This document shows, in pieces, positions 18,465 through 27,742 of a stretch of 64,000 nt of DNA (positions are counted from its first letter, which is position 1; every line of letters starts with the position of its first letter). The stretch is taken from contig CBDBFX010000002.1 of NCBI GenBank assembly GCA_965205205.1, positions 1,053,475 to 1,117,474 of the forward strand. Direction: 5' to 3'. The notes under the pieces were generated by a model. That model was not told where the DNA came from, searched no databases, and saw only the letters and a program-made list of their open reading frames with translations. Origin of the DNA: Arenicellales bacterium (GTDB lineage: Bacteria > Pseudomonadota > Gammaproteobacteria > Arenicellales > JAJDZL01). The position numbers and the translations under genes are program-made.

Positions 18465-20342
18465 ATGAAGGAGGCAAAACGTACGCCTCCAAAAAAAACT
18501 CCCACCAGTCCAAATATTATTCAAGAGGAGCTCGGCTTAAAGCTCGTTCGGTTGGGAGGTGATGCACTTCATCAAAGCGGGATCCACTTGAATCTCCTTG
18601 AAAAATCTGGAATCCTGTCCGGCCCAAAGAGAGATGTGAACTTAATTCGAATAACTGTAGAAGCGATTTCTCAGTTGTTAAGGGAAGAAGGGCTAGAGAC
18701 AATTCTAGCAAAAAAGCTTGAAATGGACCAATTCAGTCAAACCGATGACAATTCGGCCGATGCCTGCACTGTAACAGCAGTGATCTGGACTAATGCGGCA
18801 ATCATGCACGCACGGTTAGATGAAGCAAATTTACCAATATTGCGAAATGTGCCTACTCTCAAAACAGCTGTAGCTGATCCCAATCCAGCCAGTGGGATTG
18901 CAGAAGCTTGGCAGAAAGTTCTGACGAAAGACTATGTGCCAATTTTCGAAGTAGCACAAGACCTATTACTCAAAGTAGCGTTCGAAAATCGAGTGGGGGT
19001 TTTCGAAGCTTTAAGGCGTATGGCAAAGGATGCCATAGAAATCGCAGATACGTATGCGGACTTGGGCATGGATCATGCCGGAGAACTGTTCAATAAAGTG
19101 ATGGGGAATCAAAAATCAGACGGAGCATTTTTTACTCGACCAATCGCGGCCTCATTACTCTCAGAATTGGCTCTTCATGCGACTGGCGAATCTGATTGGT
19201 CTAATCCAAATGTTTGGGATCGCCTAAGATGTTTTGATCCCGCTTGTGGCAGTGGTACGCTATTGGTCGCAATGATTACAGCAATTAAACTTCGAATAGA
19301 AAAGTCAGGTGGTAATAAGGAACAATTATTGGATTTTCATCAACGAGCTGTAGAAGATTTGATTATGGGCACCGACATTAATCCCGTATCACTTCAAATT
19401 GCTGGTTGTCAATTGACACTCGGTAATGTTAAGGTGCATTATGAAAGAATAAATCTATGGTCAATGGACTATGGTTTGATTTCCAGTGGAGCAGTGGATA
19501 TTGATAAGGTTAGAACGGGTTCGCCGGAACTTCTGGTTGATCCTAGATTTTGGGTAGATAAGCCGGCTCAACTTCAGCTAAACCATACAGATCATGCAGA
19601 TAGCAAATTAAGTTTGCATAGTTGGGATAAACTTGATAGTAATGATGAAATAGTTGGGCATCTAGAACGTAACCCTCCTCGAATTATTATGGTGAATCCT
19701 CCATACACCCCATGGAAAAATATTGGACTGAAGTTTGAAAACAATATTCAGAATGCAGTAAGGGAACGTTTAAGAAGAATTTGGGATTCGGTTAGCGAAA
19801 AGGATGAAATGCTGCAAATGAGAAAAACCTCAATCGCACCACTATTTGAATCGATTGCGATTGAACTAGCACGTAGAAGCAATGGAGTCGTCGCTCTCGT
19901 GCTACCACTTGTATTTATAACTATGGCCTCAGCAAAAAATCAAAGAGCATTAATTGCTCAGAAGATACATGTGGACTATATCCTTGCTTGTCACGACCCG
20001 TCTAACATAAACATGAGCTGGGATACCAGCATTAATGAATGCCTGATTGTCGGGACTTACGATGAAAAAAGAATAGGAATTCCCACGAAGTTTATCAGCG
20101 TTGACAGAATGCCATCCGATCCAAATGAGGCGCATGAATTAATTTCAGCAGCACTATCTGGCACTCAGTTTGATGGTTCAGTCTTAGAATGGGATTATGA
20201 TTACATGATGAATGGTGATTGGTTGCCTGGTGCATTCAGAGATACAAAATTGGCAGGTTTACTTGCAGAAATTGTTGCCAGTAATTCCAACATAGCTGAA
20301 AATTGGGGGGGGGTATGGAAGGTTTCAAGATTCGATATTTAG
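18465..20342 (+). CDS. Gamma-class N6-adenine DNA methyltransferase module (Type ISP/IIG-like)
   Basis: Motif X-like is DGAFFTRPIAASLL, motif I is CFDPACGSGTLLVAM, the following motif is GTDINPVSLQIAGCQL and motif IV is MVNPPYTPW. The frame is open upstream all the way back to the G11 tract, and the SD before ATG 18465 is weak. The ORF ends 27 nt after a G9 tract. Confidence 0.85.
   Translation: MKEAKRTPPKKTPTSPNIIQEELGLKLVRLGGDALHQSGIHLNLLEKSGILSGPKRDVNLIRITVEAISQLLREEGLETILAKKLEMDQFSQTDDNSADACTVTAVIWTNAAIMHARLDEANLPILRNVPTLKTAVADPNPASGIAEAWQKVLTKDYVPIFEVAQDLLLKVAFENRVGVFEALRRMAKDAIEIADTYADLGMDHAGELFNKVMGNQKSDGAFFTRPIAASLLSELALHATGESDWSNPNVWDRLRCFDPACGSGTLLVAMITAIKLRIEKSGGNKEQLLDFHQRAVEDLIMGTDINPVSLQIAGCQLTLGNVKVHYERINLWSMDYGLISSGAVDIDKVRTGSPELLVDPRFWVDKPAQLQLNHTDHADSKLSLHSWDKLDSNDEIVGHLERNPPRIIMVNPPYTPWKNIGLKFENNIQNAVRERLRRIWDSVSEKDEMLQMRKTSIAPLFESIAIELARRSNGVVALVLPLVFITMASAKNQRALIAQKIHVDYILACHDPSNINMSWDTSINECLIVGTYDEKRIGIPTKFISVDRMPSDPNEAHELISAALSGTQFDGSVLEWDYDYMMNGDWLPGAFRDTKLAGLLAEIVASNSNIAENWGGVWKVSRFDI
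20305..20313. repeat. Homopolymeric G9 tract at the methyltransferase/TRD-like junction
   Basis: I counted 9 consecutive G directly in ...GAAAATT-GGGGGGGGG-TATGGAAGG. Confidence 0.95.
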
Positions 20343-20388
20343 AGGTTCTTTTGACTTCCAAGTTAATTTAAGTGGAGGTGATTGGAGA

Positions 20389-21069
20389 ATGACTGGACAA
20401 AAAAAATATGAGCATTTTGAGGTCGCAACACCGTTATCTGAACCTGTAATTAGTGGGGTAGGAAAAAATCATCAAAAATACCTCATTGGAAAAGTATATA
20501 AGTGGGTTCGCCTGTCCAAGAAAGACGGCGAACCGGATGATGATTACAAATCTAGAATTTCTCAAGATAATCAACAAATGGAGAAATTTCGATCTCATTT
20601 GCTTGTGAGTAAGTCATTTGATTCAGCCGCATCTCGATTGACGTGTGTTGTAAGTATTGAACCCCATATCGGCTATGGTTGGATGCCTGTTACTGGAGAC
20701 TATCCATTGCCATTGAGTTCTGCTAAAGCACTAGCAATTTGGTACAACTCTACGATTGGACGAATGCTGTTAAGAACTGTAGGTGGAAGAAAATTGGCTT
20801 ATCCTATGTACAATCCTGACAGTTGGCATCAGCTACCCGTTCCAAATCTAAATGATGAATTCGTGCTAAAAACACTGGAAGGTAGTTTTAATGAAACTTG
20901 TACCACGGAAGTACCGTCATTCAGGTCCGGTCGGTGTAAAATACGAGAATTGTGGGATGATGCAGTTTCTTTCGGTCTAGGCATTGACAGAAATTCAATT
21001 GCAATGTTGGCAGATGGTCTTGCCTGTGAACCATCCGTATCGAAAGATTCGTTTTACGATAGTGTATAA
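20389..21069 (+). CDS. Putative target-recognition (TRD-like) C-terminal module of the restriction-modification system; otherwise hypothetical
   Basis: This is a 226-aa ORF. AKALAIWYNSTIGRMLLRTVGGRKLAYPMYNPDSWHQLPVPNLNDE resembles the LNS...f.....lPiP segment of Type IIG/ISP specificity domains, matched from memory only. A strong SD, GGAGGTGA (20374-20381), lies 7 nt before the ATG. The frame is also open upstream back to the G9 tract. Confidence 0.6.
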   Translation: MTGQKKYEHFEVATPLSEPVISGVGKNHQKYLIGKVYKWVRLSKKDGEPDDDYKSRISQDNQQMEKFRSHLLVSKSFDSAASRLTCVVSIEPHIGYGWMPVTGDYPLPLSSAKALAIWYNSTIGRMLLRTVGGRKLAYPMYNPDSWHQLPVPNLNDEFVLKTLEGSFNETCTTEVPSFRSGRCKIRELWDDAVSFGLGIDRNSIAMLADGLACEPSVSKDSFYDSV

Positions 21070-21631
21070 TCTGTAATTGAATTCGGTCTACCTCATTGAA
21101 CTTGCGTTTTTACTGATGAGTGCCTAGCAGAACCTCCCATTTTCGCATGAATTATCCAGCGATGTTGCTTTTTTGAAGGCTCGGTTCGAAGAGGTTTTTT
21201 TAAAAATTCAACCGCCTTCCGCCGAATTCGTACATCCATCTCATCAGCTGGTCGGCTAAGACCGAATTCTGCCACAGTCTTCCATCCAAACCCCTCGGCG
21301 GAACTGGTTCACTACTCCTTCACCCCTTTGACAACTCGTTGCGGCAGGCGGTACGATTCAGCTTCCGCCGCTCCCAGTCAAGCAGACCGTTGCACACCAG
21401 AGCACAGACCGATGCAGGTTTTACGCCAACACCGACATCGCCACAATAATTCGGCATCTAACCACTAGTATGTTCTGTCAATATAATGAAGTCTTCACAT
21501 CGGGCAAATAAAGTGAAAATCCGTATCTGGTGGTACACCGGGAACGCACTGGCTACGGATAATGGTTGTCGATCCCTTATCGACTGATATAGCTCCATCA
21601 CTCAACAACCCGCTCATACCAAGGAAACGAA

Positions 21632-23035
21632 TTGTCAATCGAATGTTCAATGAGTTCTGAATCAAAAAAATTGTGGGGTGGACGGTTCAACCAGCCGACC
21701 GACGAACTGGTTGAACAGTTCAGCGCTTCGGTCTCATTTGACCGGCGCCTGTATCGTCAGGATATTGCCGGTTCAATCGCACACGCGCGCATGTTGAACA
21801 AGGTTGGCGTGCTGAGCGATACTGAATTTGATGAAATTCAAGCCGGATTGGACAATATTCTGCAGCAGATCGAAGCGGGAACCTTTGAGTGGTCCGAACA
21901 GCTGGAAGATGTTCACATGAACATTGAAAAAAGGCTGACGGATGACATAGGTGCGACGGGCAAAAAACTGCACAGCGGTCGGTCCAGAAACGATCAGGTC
22001 GCAACCGACCTTAGACTCTATACCCGCGAAGCGATTGATCGAATCATCGAAGATATCCGGGCTTTTCAGTCGACACTGCTTGGTCTCGCCGAAGCGGAAG
22101 CCGAAACCATCATTCCGGGCTATACGCATCTCCAGCCCGCGCAGCCGATCACTCTTGGCCATCACCTGATGGCTTGGTTTGAAATGCTCGATCGGGACCG
22201 AACGCGCTTCATCGATGCGCGCAAAAGGTTGAATCAGTCGCCATTGGGGGCGGCCGCGTTGGCCGGTACCAGTTTTCCGATCGACCGGCAGATGACGGCA
22301 ACCGAGCTGCAGTTTGACGGTGTCATGTCAAACTCAGTCGATGCGGTCTCTGACCGGGATTTTGCCATCGAATTCGCCGCTCACGCGGCCTTAGCGATGG
22401 TTCATCTCTCGCGCATTGGCGAGGAGTTGGTCCTGTGGACCTCAGATGGCTACCAGTTTGTCGCTCTACCTGACCAGTTCACCACGGGGTCCAGCATCAT
22501 GCCGCAGAAAAAAAATCCAGATATTGCCGAACTTGTGCGCGGTAAAAGCGCGCGGACAATCGGCAATCTGCAGACGCTTCTGGTGCTCATGAAAGCACAG
22601 CCGCTGGCGTACAATCGCGATAACCAGGAGGATAAGGAAGCCCTGTTTGATATCATTGATACTACGGTAGCCTGCGTTAACATCATGCACCGCATGATTC
22701 AAAACATGGAGCCGAACCGCGGGCGGATGGAAGCGGCCGCCTCAGCGGGCTATTCGACCGCAACCGATCTGGCAGATTATCTCGTTCTAAGAAATGTTCC
22801 GTTTCGAGATGCCCACGCCGTCGTCGGACAGATCGTGCGCTACTGTATTGACAATCAACTTACTCTCGAATCGCTCAGTCTGCATGACATGAAGGAATTT
22901 CATACCGCTTTTGATGAAAATGCCCTGCGCGTACTGAAACCTGCCGGTTCGGTCGCATCCAGAGATCATTTGGGCGGGACGGCTCCCCGCCAGGTTCGAC
23001 TCGCCGTTCAGACGGGCAGGAAAAGGTTGGGCTGA
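21632..23035 (+). CDS. argH: Argininosuccinate lyase
   Basis: [13 protein letters not shown]...[16 protein letters not shown]...[12 protein letters not shown] are fumarate-lyase family signatures. TTG 21632 follows AAGGAA with 5-nt spacing. An alternative ATG start lies at 21650. Confidence 0.95.
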   Translation: MSIECSMSSESKKLWGGRFNQPTDELVEQFSASVSFDRRLYRQDIAGSIAHARMLNKVGVLSDTEFDEIQAGLDNILQQIEAGTFEWSEQLEDVHMNIEKRLTDDIGATGKKLHSGRSRNDQVATDLRLYTREAIDRIIEDIRAFQSTLLGLAEAEAETIIPGYTHLQPAQPITLGHHLMAWFEMLDRDRTRFIDARKRLNQSPLGAAALAGTSFPIDRQMTATELQFDGVMSNSVDAVSDRDFAIEFAAHAALAMVHLSRIGEELVLWTSDGYQFVALPDQFTTGSSIMPQKKNPDIAELVRGKSARTIGNLQTLLVLMKAQPLAYNRDNQEDKEALFDIIDTTVACVNIMHRMIQNMEPNRGRMEAAASAGYSTATDLADYLVLRNVPFRDAHAVVGQIVRYCIDNQLTLESLSLHDMKEFHTAFDENALRVLKPAGSVASRDHLGGTAPRQVRLAVQTGRKRLG

Positions 23036-23074
23036 TTCGTCCCATTCCCAATTGAAATGCAATGACCGATTGAA

Positions 23075-23260
23075 ATGATGCGAAAACTGAACTCCAGAAT
23101 CATCGTGGTATCAATGGTGCTCGCACTTGCGTTGGCACCATCCGCCTGTGGCAAAAAAGGTCCCTTGATCAGACCGACCGAAGACGCGGTTCAATCGTCG
23201 ACGCTGGAGACTGAATCCACAAGGCCGACACAAAGTTTCGCAATGCGCGAGAGATATTGA
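23075..23260 (+). CDS. lptM: Small lipoprotein, LptM (YifL/LppL)-like
   Basis: It has a signal peptide with lipobox LAPSAC followed by GKKGPL, the hallmark CG.KGPL. It sits in the conserved position immediately upstream of lysA. Confidence 0.6.
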   Translation: MMRKLNSRIIVVSMVLALALAPSACGKKGPLIRPTEDAVQSSTLETESTRPTQSFAMRERY

Positions 23261-23380
23261 GCGGTAGCGGAAACTAGACCCGACATACGCGTCATCACCG
23301 ATTGTTTTTCTGAAATCAATTACGGTGCTATTGACCGGTCACCGAAGTCAAATCAACAGGATCAATTTTCACTGACCACA

Positions 23381-24655
23381 ATGAACCCATTTCTCTTTCG
23401 AAATGGTCTGCTACACGCGGAAAATGTTCCGCTTGATCAGATTGCGGACCGAATCGGTACGCCAACTTATATTTATTCGCGAGCGGCGCTGGAACACCGC
23501 TGGCGAGAGTTCGAACGAGGACTGTCGGCCTGTGATGCGACGATTCGCTATTCCGTCAAATCCAATTCCAATCTTGCGGTACTGGCACTGATGGCACAGC
23601 TTGGTTCTGGATTCGATGTCGTTTCCGCAGGCGAACTTGAGCGGGTGATCCGAGCTGGTGGCAAACCCGAAAAAACAGTTTTTTCCGGGGTGGGTAAAAC
23701 AGCAGAGGAGATCCGCTTGGCTATCGAATCAGGGATTTTTTCGCTAAACCTTGAATCCCATCCAGAATTGATTCGAATTTGCGAAACAGCACGCGCTCTG
23801 CATCGGGTGGCGCCAATCAGCGTGCGCGTAAACCCCGATATCGACGCCAACACCCATCCCCATATATCAACAGGTCTTCGTCAGGCGAAATTCGGTGTTG
23901 ATTTCAAGGAGGCCCTGGAAATCTTTCAATTCGCATCACAGAATAGACATCTGAACATTATTGGCATTGCGATTCACATCGGTTCACAGATGACCTCACT
24001 CGAGCCAATTGTTGACGCGCTGGAACGGATGATTGACTTCACGAAACGGCTGGCAACGAAAGGCATTGCCATCGGACACCTCGACCTGGGTGGCGGATTG
24101 GGCGTACGGTACGGAACCGAAGAGCCACCGACCATCGCTGAATACTGTGATGCCATTCAAGAAGTGCTACATCGGCGTAACTGTAAGCTGCCGCTTTCTA
24201 TAGAACCGGGTCGCGCGATCTCCGCCAACGCCGGTGTGCTGCTGAGCAGAATTGAGTACATCAAGTCAACTGCAGCAAAGAATTTCGCCCTGATCGATGG
24301 TGGTATGAATGACCTGTTGAGACCCGTACTCTATGATGCCTGGATGGACATCGTGTCAGTTCAGCAGCACTCTGCGAAAGAAAGAATTTATGACGTGGTG
24401 GGGCCCGTTTGTGAAACAGGTGATTTTTTAGGTAAAGACCGGAAACTCGCTATCGAAGCAGGCGACCTCATTGCAGTACTTGGAGCAGGAGCCTACGGTG
24501 CAGTGATGTCTTCCAACTACAACACTCGCTCCCGGCCTGCCGAAGTGCTGGTGGATGGCAGTGACTTTTATGAGATCAGATCAAGGGAAACCATGGATCA
24601 GATGTTGGCGCTGGAACGCATTCCGACTCGATTGTCGTCAGATCACCGGACATAG
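23381..24655 (+). CDS. lysA: Diaminopimelate decarboxylase
   Basis: GTPTYIYS...YSVKSNSNLAVL (PLP-binding Lys)...DLGGGLGV...EPGRAISANAG...GPVCETGD match fold-type III decarboxylase motifs. Confidence 0.95.
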   Translation: MNPFLFRNGLLHAENVPLDQIADRIGTPTYIYSRAALEHRWREFERGLSACDATIRYSVKSNSNLAVLALMAQLGSGFDVVSAGELERVIRAGGKPEKTVFSGVGKTAEEIRLAIESGIFSLNLESHPELIRICETARALHRVAPISVRVNPDIDANTHPHISTGLRQAKFGVDFKEALEIFQFASQNRHLNIIGIAIHIGSQMTSLEPIVDALERMIDFTKRLATKGIAIGHLDLGGGLGVRYGTEEPPTIAEYCDAIQEVLHRRNCKLPLSIEPGRAISANAGVLLSRIEYIKSTAAKNFALIDGGMNDLLRPVLYDAWMDIVSVQQHSAKERIYDVVGPVCETGDFLGKDRKLAIEAGDLIAVLGAGAYGAVMSSNYNTRSRPAEVLVDGSDFYEIRSRETMDQMLALERIPTRLSSDHRT

Positions 24656-24685
24656 ACGCGCCCGGTACAATCCTTTCGAAAGACC

Positions 24686-25264
24686 TCAATCAAAAACGCG
24701 GGCCATGCCGTAGAACTCGGCGTTGGGTTCCATTCCAAGCACATTCGCCAGCCGGTTGCTCAGGCCAAAAAATGCGGTGATCGCCGTAATATCCCAAATG
24801 TCTTCGTCGCTGAATCCCGCATCTTTCAGTAACTTCAGATCGGCTTCACCAACCGCCCACGACTCATTGCAGACCTTGATTGCAAAATCCAGCATCGCCT
24901 GCTGTCTTGGTGTGATGTCAGCTTTACGGTAATTGACCGCAATCTGATCCGCCACCAACGGATGTTTCGCGCGGATGCGCAGAACGGCGCCATGGGCGAC
25001 AACGCAGTACTGACAGTTGTTTTCGCCCGATGTCGCAACAACGATCATTTCCCTTTCCGCCTTGCTCAATCCTCCTTCTTTTTCCATCAGTGCATCGTGA
25101 TAGTCGAAGAATGCGCGGAATTCTTTAGGGCGATGTGCGAGCGCGAGGAATACGTTCGGCACGAATCCCGCCTTCTCCTGTACCGCGAGAATACGTTCCT
25201 GAATGTCCGTCGGTAGATCTTCAAATTCAGGGACTGGATAACTGCTGGCAGATGGTGTCTTCAT
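24686..25264 (-). CDS. Peroxidase-related enzyme, carboxymuconolactone decarboxylase (AhpD-like) family
   Basis: It has the CMD-domain motif SGENNCQYCVVAHGA, and the 192-aa size is typical of the uncharacterised peroxidase-related subgroup. Confidence 0.8.
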   Translation of the reverse strand: MKTPSASSYPVPEFEDLPTDIQERILAVQEKAGFVPNVFLALAHRPKEFRAFFDYHDALMEKEGGLSKAEREMIVVATSGENNCQYCVVAHGAVLRIRAKHPLVADQIAVNYRKADITPRQQAMLDFAIKVCNESWAVGEADLKLLKDAGFSDEDIWDITAITAFFGLSNRLANVLGMEPNAEFYGMARVFD

Positions 25265-25309
25265 AACTCGGCGACTTCGAAAATTGAACTTGATGGTGAC
25301 GGGTCTGCT

Positions 25310-27736
25310 TCAACCGCGCATTTTCAACCCGCTGGGATCAACCAGGGGTTCGGTAATGATTCTGGCCTCTTTAGCCTCGCCAATTATCTCAATTTTAATA
25401 TCCCTGCTATCTTGTTTCGCAGGTGGAATATAGCCGAGTGCGATGCTTCGACCGGTCGTGTGTCCGAAAGATGCCGAAGTTACAATGCCCGACACTTCGC
25501 CATCACACAGTATCGGTTCACCACCGACCGCGTCCTGCTCATCCACATCCACGGTAAAAGAGGTCAGCAGCCACCTGGGAGTTCTGGCAGCTGACTTGAG
25601 CAGCGTCTCACGGCCGATGAACTCGCCCTTATCAAACTTCACAAATCGATCAAGCCGGGACTCAAGAGGCGTATATTCCGGCGAGTACTCCCGTCCCCAG
25701 CTGCCATAGTTCTTTTCCAGCCGGAGTGACAGCAGCGCGCGCGAGCCGATCTGTCGAATGCCATACGGCTGTCCCTCATCCATAACCATCTGCAGCACTT
25801 CGAGTTGATGCGCGGCAGGAAAATACAGCTCATAGCCGAGTTCGCCCGTAAATGCGACCCGCAGCACCCAAGCCAGTGCCGGGCCCACACGAACCTGACG
25901 GACCGAGAGGAACCGCTGCGCCTCGTTGGCAAAGTCTTCCCCCGTCAGCGCGGTCATCAGCGCTCTGGAATTGGGTCCTGAAACCGACAGACCGACCCAG
26001 TCGGCCGACATGCTGACGACGTCAACCCCGGAGGCCAGGCCATTTTTTCGAAACCACCGCAAATGGCTGTTTTCCGCCACTCCGGCCCCGATCAGTAAAA
26101 ATTCATCCGCTTCCAGACGGGCGATGGTGAAATCGGCAACGACGCCGCCTGCGCCATGCACCATCGGCGCCAATGACATCCGACGATATTGTGGCAGCGT
26201 ATTCGTCGTCAGCTGATCCAGCCATTCGGCCGCTCTGGCGCCTTTAACAATGAATTTGGCATAGGCCGAGGTGTCAAGCAATCCCGCAGCCGATCGAACG
26301 GTGCGGCATTCCTCCCCAACCGGTGCAAACGATTCAGTTCTGCGAAATGAAAAGGTTTCAACCGGTTCCATGCCGTCAGGTGCAAACCACATTGGTACTT
26401 CCCAGCCATACTGAGCGCCAAACATGGCCCCATTGGTTTTCTGGTATGCATAGGCAGGTCGGGTTCTGAGCGGTCTACCCGCCGTCCGCTCCTCGTATGG
26501 AAAGAAAATTCTGAAGCGGGATTCGTAATTGTCCGCAGTCGTCTCCAGCACATAGTCCGGCGTAACCCAGTCGCCGAATCGGGCGACATCAATCGACCAA
26601 AGATCCAGACTCGGCTGGCCGTCCAGAATCCATTCCGCCATCATCAGTCCGAGACCACCACCCATGCTGAAGCCAGGAATCAGACCGCCAATCAGATAAT
26701 AGTTGCTGAGCTGCGGCACCGCCCCGAACAGCGGCAGAAGATCCGGCGTCCAGATCATCGGGCCATTGACAATTCGCTTGATGCCGGCGGTTTCAAGGCA
26801 CGGCATCCGATGCATCGCCCGGGCGACATTGTCCAGCATCCGATCAAGATCGTTCGGCAGCAGATCATGGCCGAAATCCAACGGCGTGCCGTCAACGGCC
26901 CAATGTATTCCACCTTTTTCATAGGCACCGACCAACAGTCCCTTGCCTTCCTGGCGCATGTAGTACTCACTGTCATTGTCGTGGAGCAGCGGAATTTCTC
27001 TGTCAAGCGCCTCAATTTCCGGAATGTTCTCGGTAACCAGATACTGATGCTCCATCGGCATCAGCGGTAAGTTCAATCCGGCCAGCCGTCCCACTTCCCG
27101 ACCCCACAGTCCGGCGCAGTTGACCAGATGCCTGGTCGTAATTTTTCCCTGTGGCGTTTCCACCAGCCAGCCGCCGCCTGGCTGTTGAGTGGTGGCGGTG
27201 ACCGGTGCGTTTCTGTGAATTCTGACGCCATGCATGCGGGCGCCGGCGGCATAGGCGTTGGCAACGCCGCTGGGATCAATATGCGCCTCATTGCGTTCGA
27301 ACATTGCACTGATCACGCCGTCAAGATTGAGCAGGGGATTCATTTCATGCACGGTTTCCAGCGAAATCGTCTCAAACTCCAGACCCAGATATTTCGCTTT
27401 GGACGCCTGAATCCGTATCTGATCGTGACGCTCAGGCGTCGTTGCAAGATAGATGCCGCCGACCGGATGAATGCCACAGGACTGGCCGGTTTCCTCTTCG
27501 AGCTGGGGGTACAGTTTGATCGTATAGTAATGCAGCTTGGAAAGGTTGGCATTGTCCTGAAGCACGTGGGTGTTGCCCGCCGCATGCCAGGTCGAACCGG
27601 AGGTCAATTCGGACCGCTCCAGCAACACCACATCTTTACAACCTCTTTTTCCAAGATGATAGGCCACGCTGCATCCTGCAACTCCACCGCCAATAATCAA
27701 GACCTCAGCTGTCTTCTGCATTTCTACATACTCCAA
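25310..27736 (-). CDS. FAD-dependent oxidoreductase fused to a GcvT-like aminomethyltransferase (folate-binding) domain, dimethylglycine/sarcosine dehydrogenase-like
   Basis: The N-terminus VLIIGGGVAGCSVAYHLGKRG is a DAO fold. The C-terminal ~400 aa carry GcvT-type motifs (FTGELGYELY..., GREYSPEYTPLE). Total length is 808 aa. Confidence 0.85.
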   Translation of the reverse strand: MEYVEMQKTAEVLIIGGGVAGCSVAYHLGKRGCKDVVLLERSELTSGSTWHAAGNTHVLQDNANLSKLHYYTIKLYPQLEEETGQSCGIHPVGGIYLATTPERHDQIRIQASKAKYLGLEFETISLETVHEMNPLLNLDGVISAMFERNEAHIDPSGVANAYAAGARMHGVRIHRNAPVTATTQQPGGGWLVETPQGKITTRHLVNCAGLWGREVGRLAGLNLPLMPMEHQYLVTENIPEIEALDREIPLLHDNDSEYYMRQEGKGLLVGAYEKGGIHWAVDGTPLDFGHDLLPNDLDRMLDNVARAMHRMPCLETAGIKRIVNGPMIWTPDLLPLFGAVPQLSNYYLIGGLIPGFSMGGGLGLMMAEWILDGQPSLDLWSIDVARFGDWVTPDYVLETTADNYESRFRIFFPYEERTAGRPLRTRPAYAYQKTNGAMFGAQYGWEVPMWFAPDGMEPVETFSFRRTESFAPVGEECRTVRSAAGLLDTSAYAKFIVKGARAAEWLDQLTTNTLPQYRRMSLAPMVHGAGGVVADFTIARLEADEFLLIGAGVAENSHLRWFRKNGLASGVDVVSMSADWVGLSVSGPNSRALMTALTGEDFANEAQRFLSVRQVRVGPALAWVLRVAFTGELGYELYFPAAHQLEVLQMVMDEGQPYGIRQIGSRALLSLRLEKNYGSWGREYSPEYTPLESRLDRFVKFDKGEFIGRETLLKSAARTPRWLLTSFTVDVDEQDAVGGEPILCDGEVSGIVTSASFGHTTGRSIALGYIPPAKQDSRDIKIEIIGEAKEARIITEPLVDPSGLKMRG

Positions 27737-27742
27737 TTTGGA

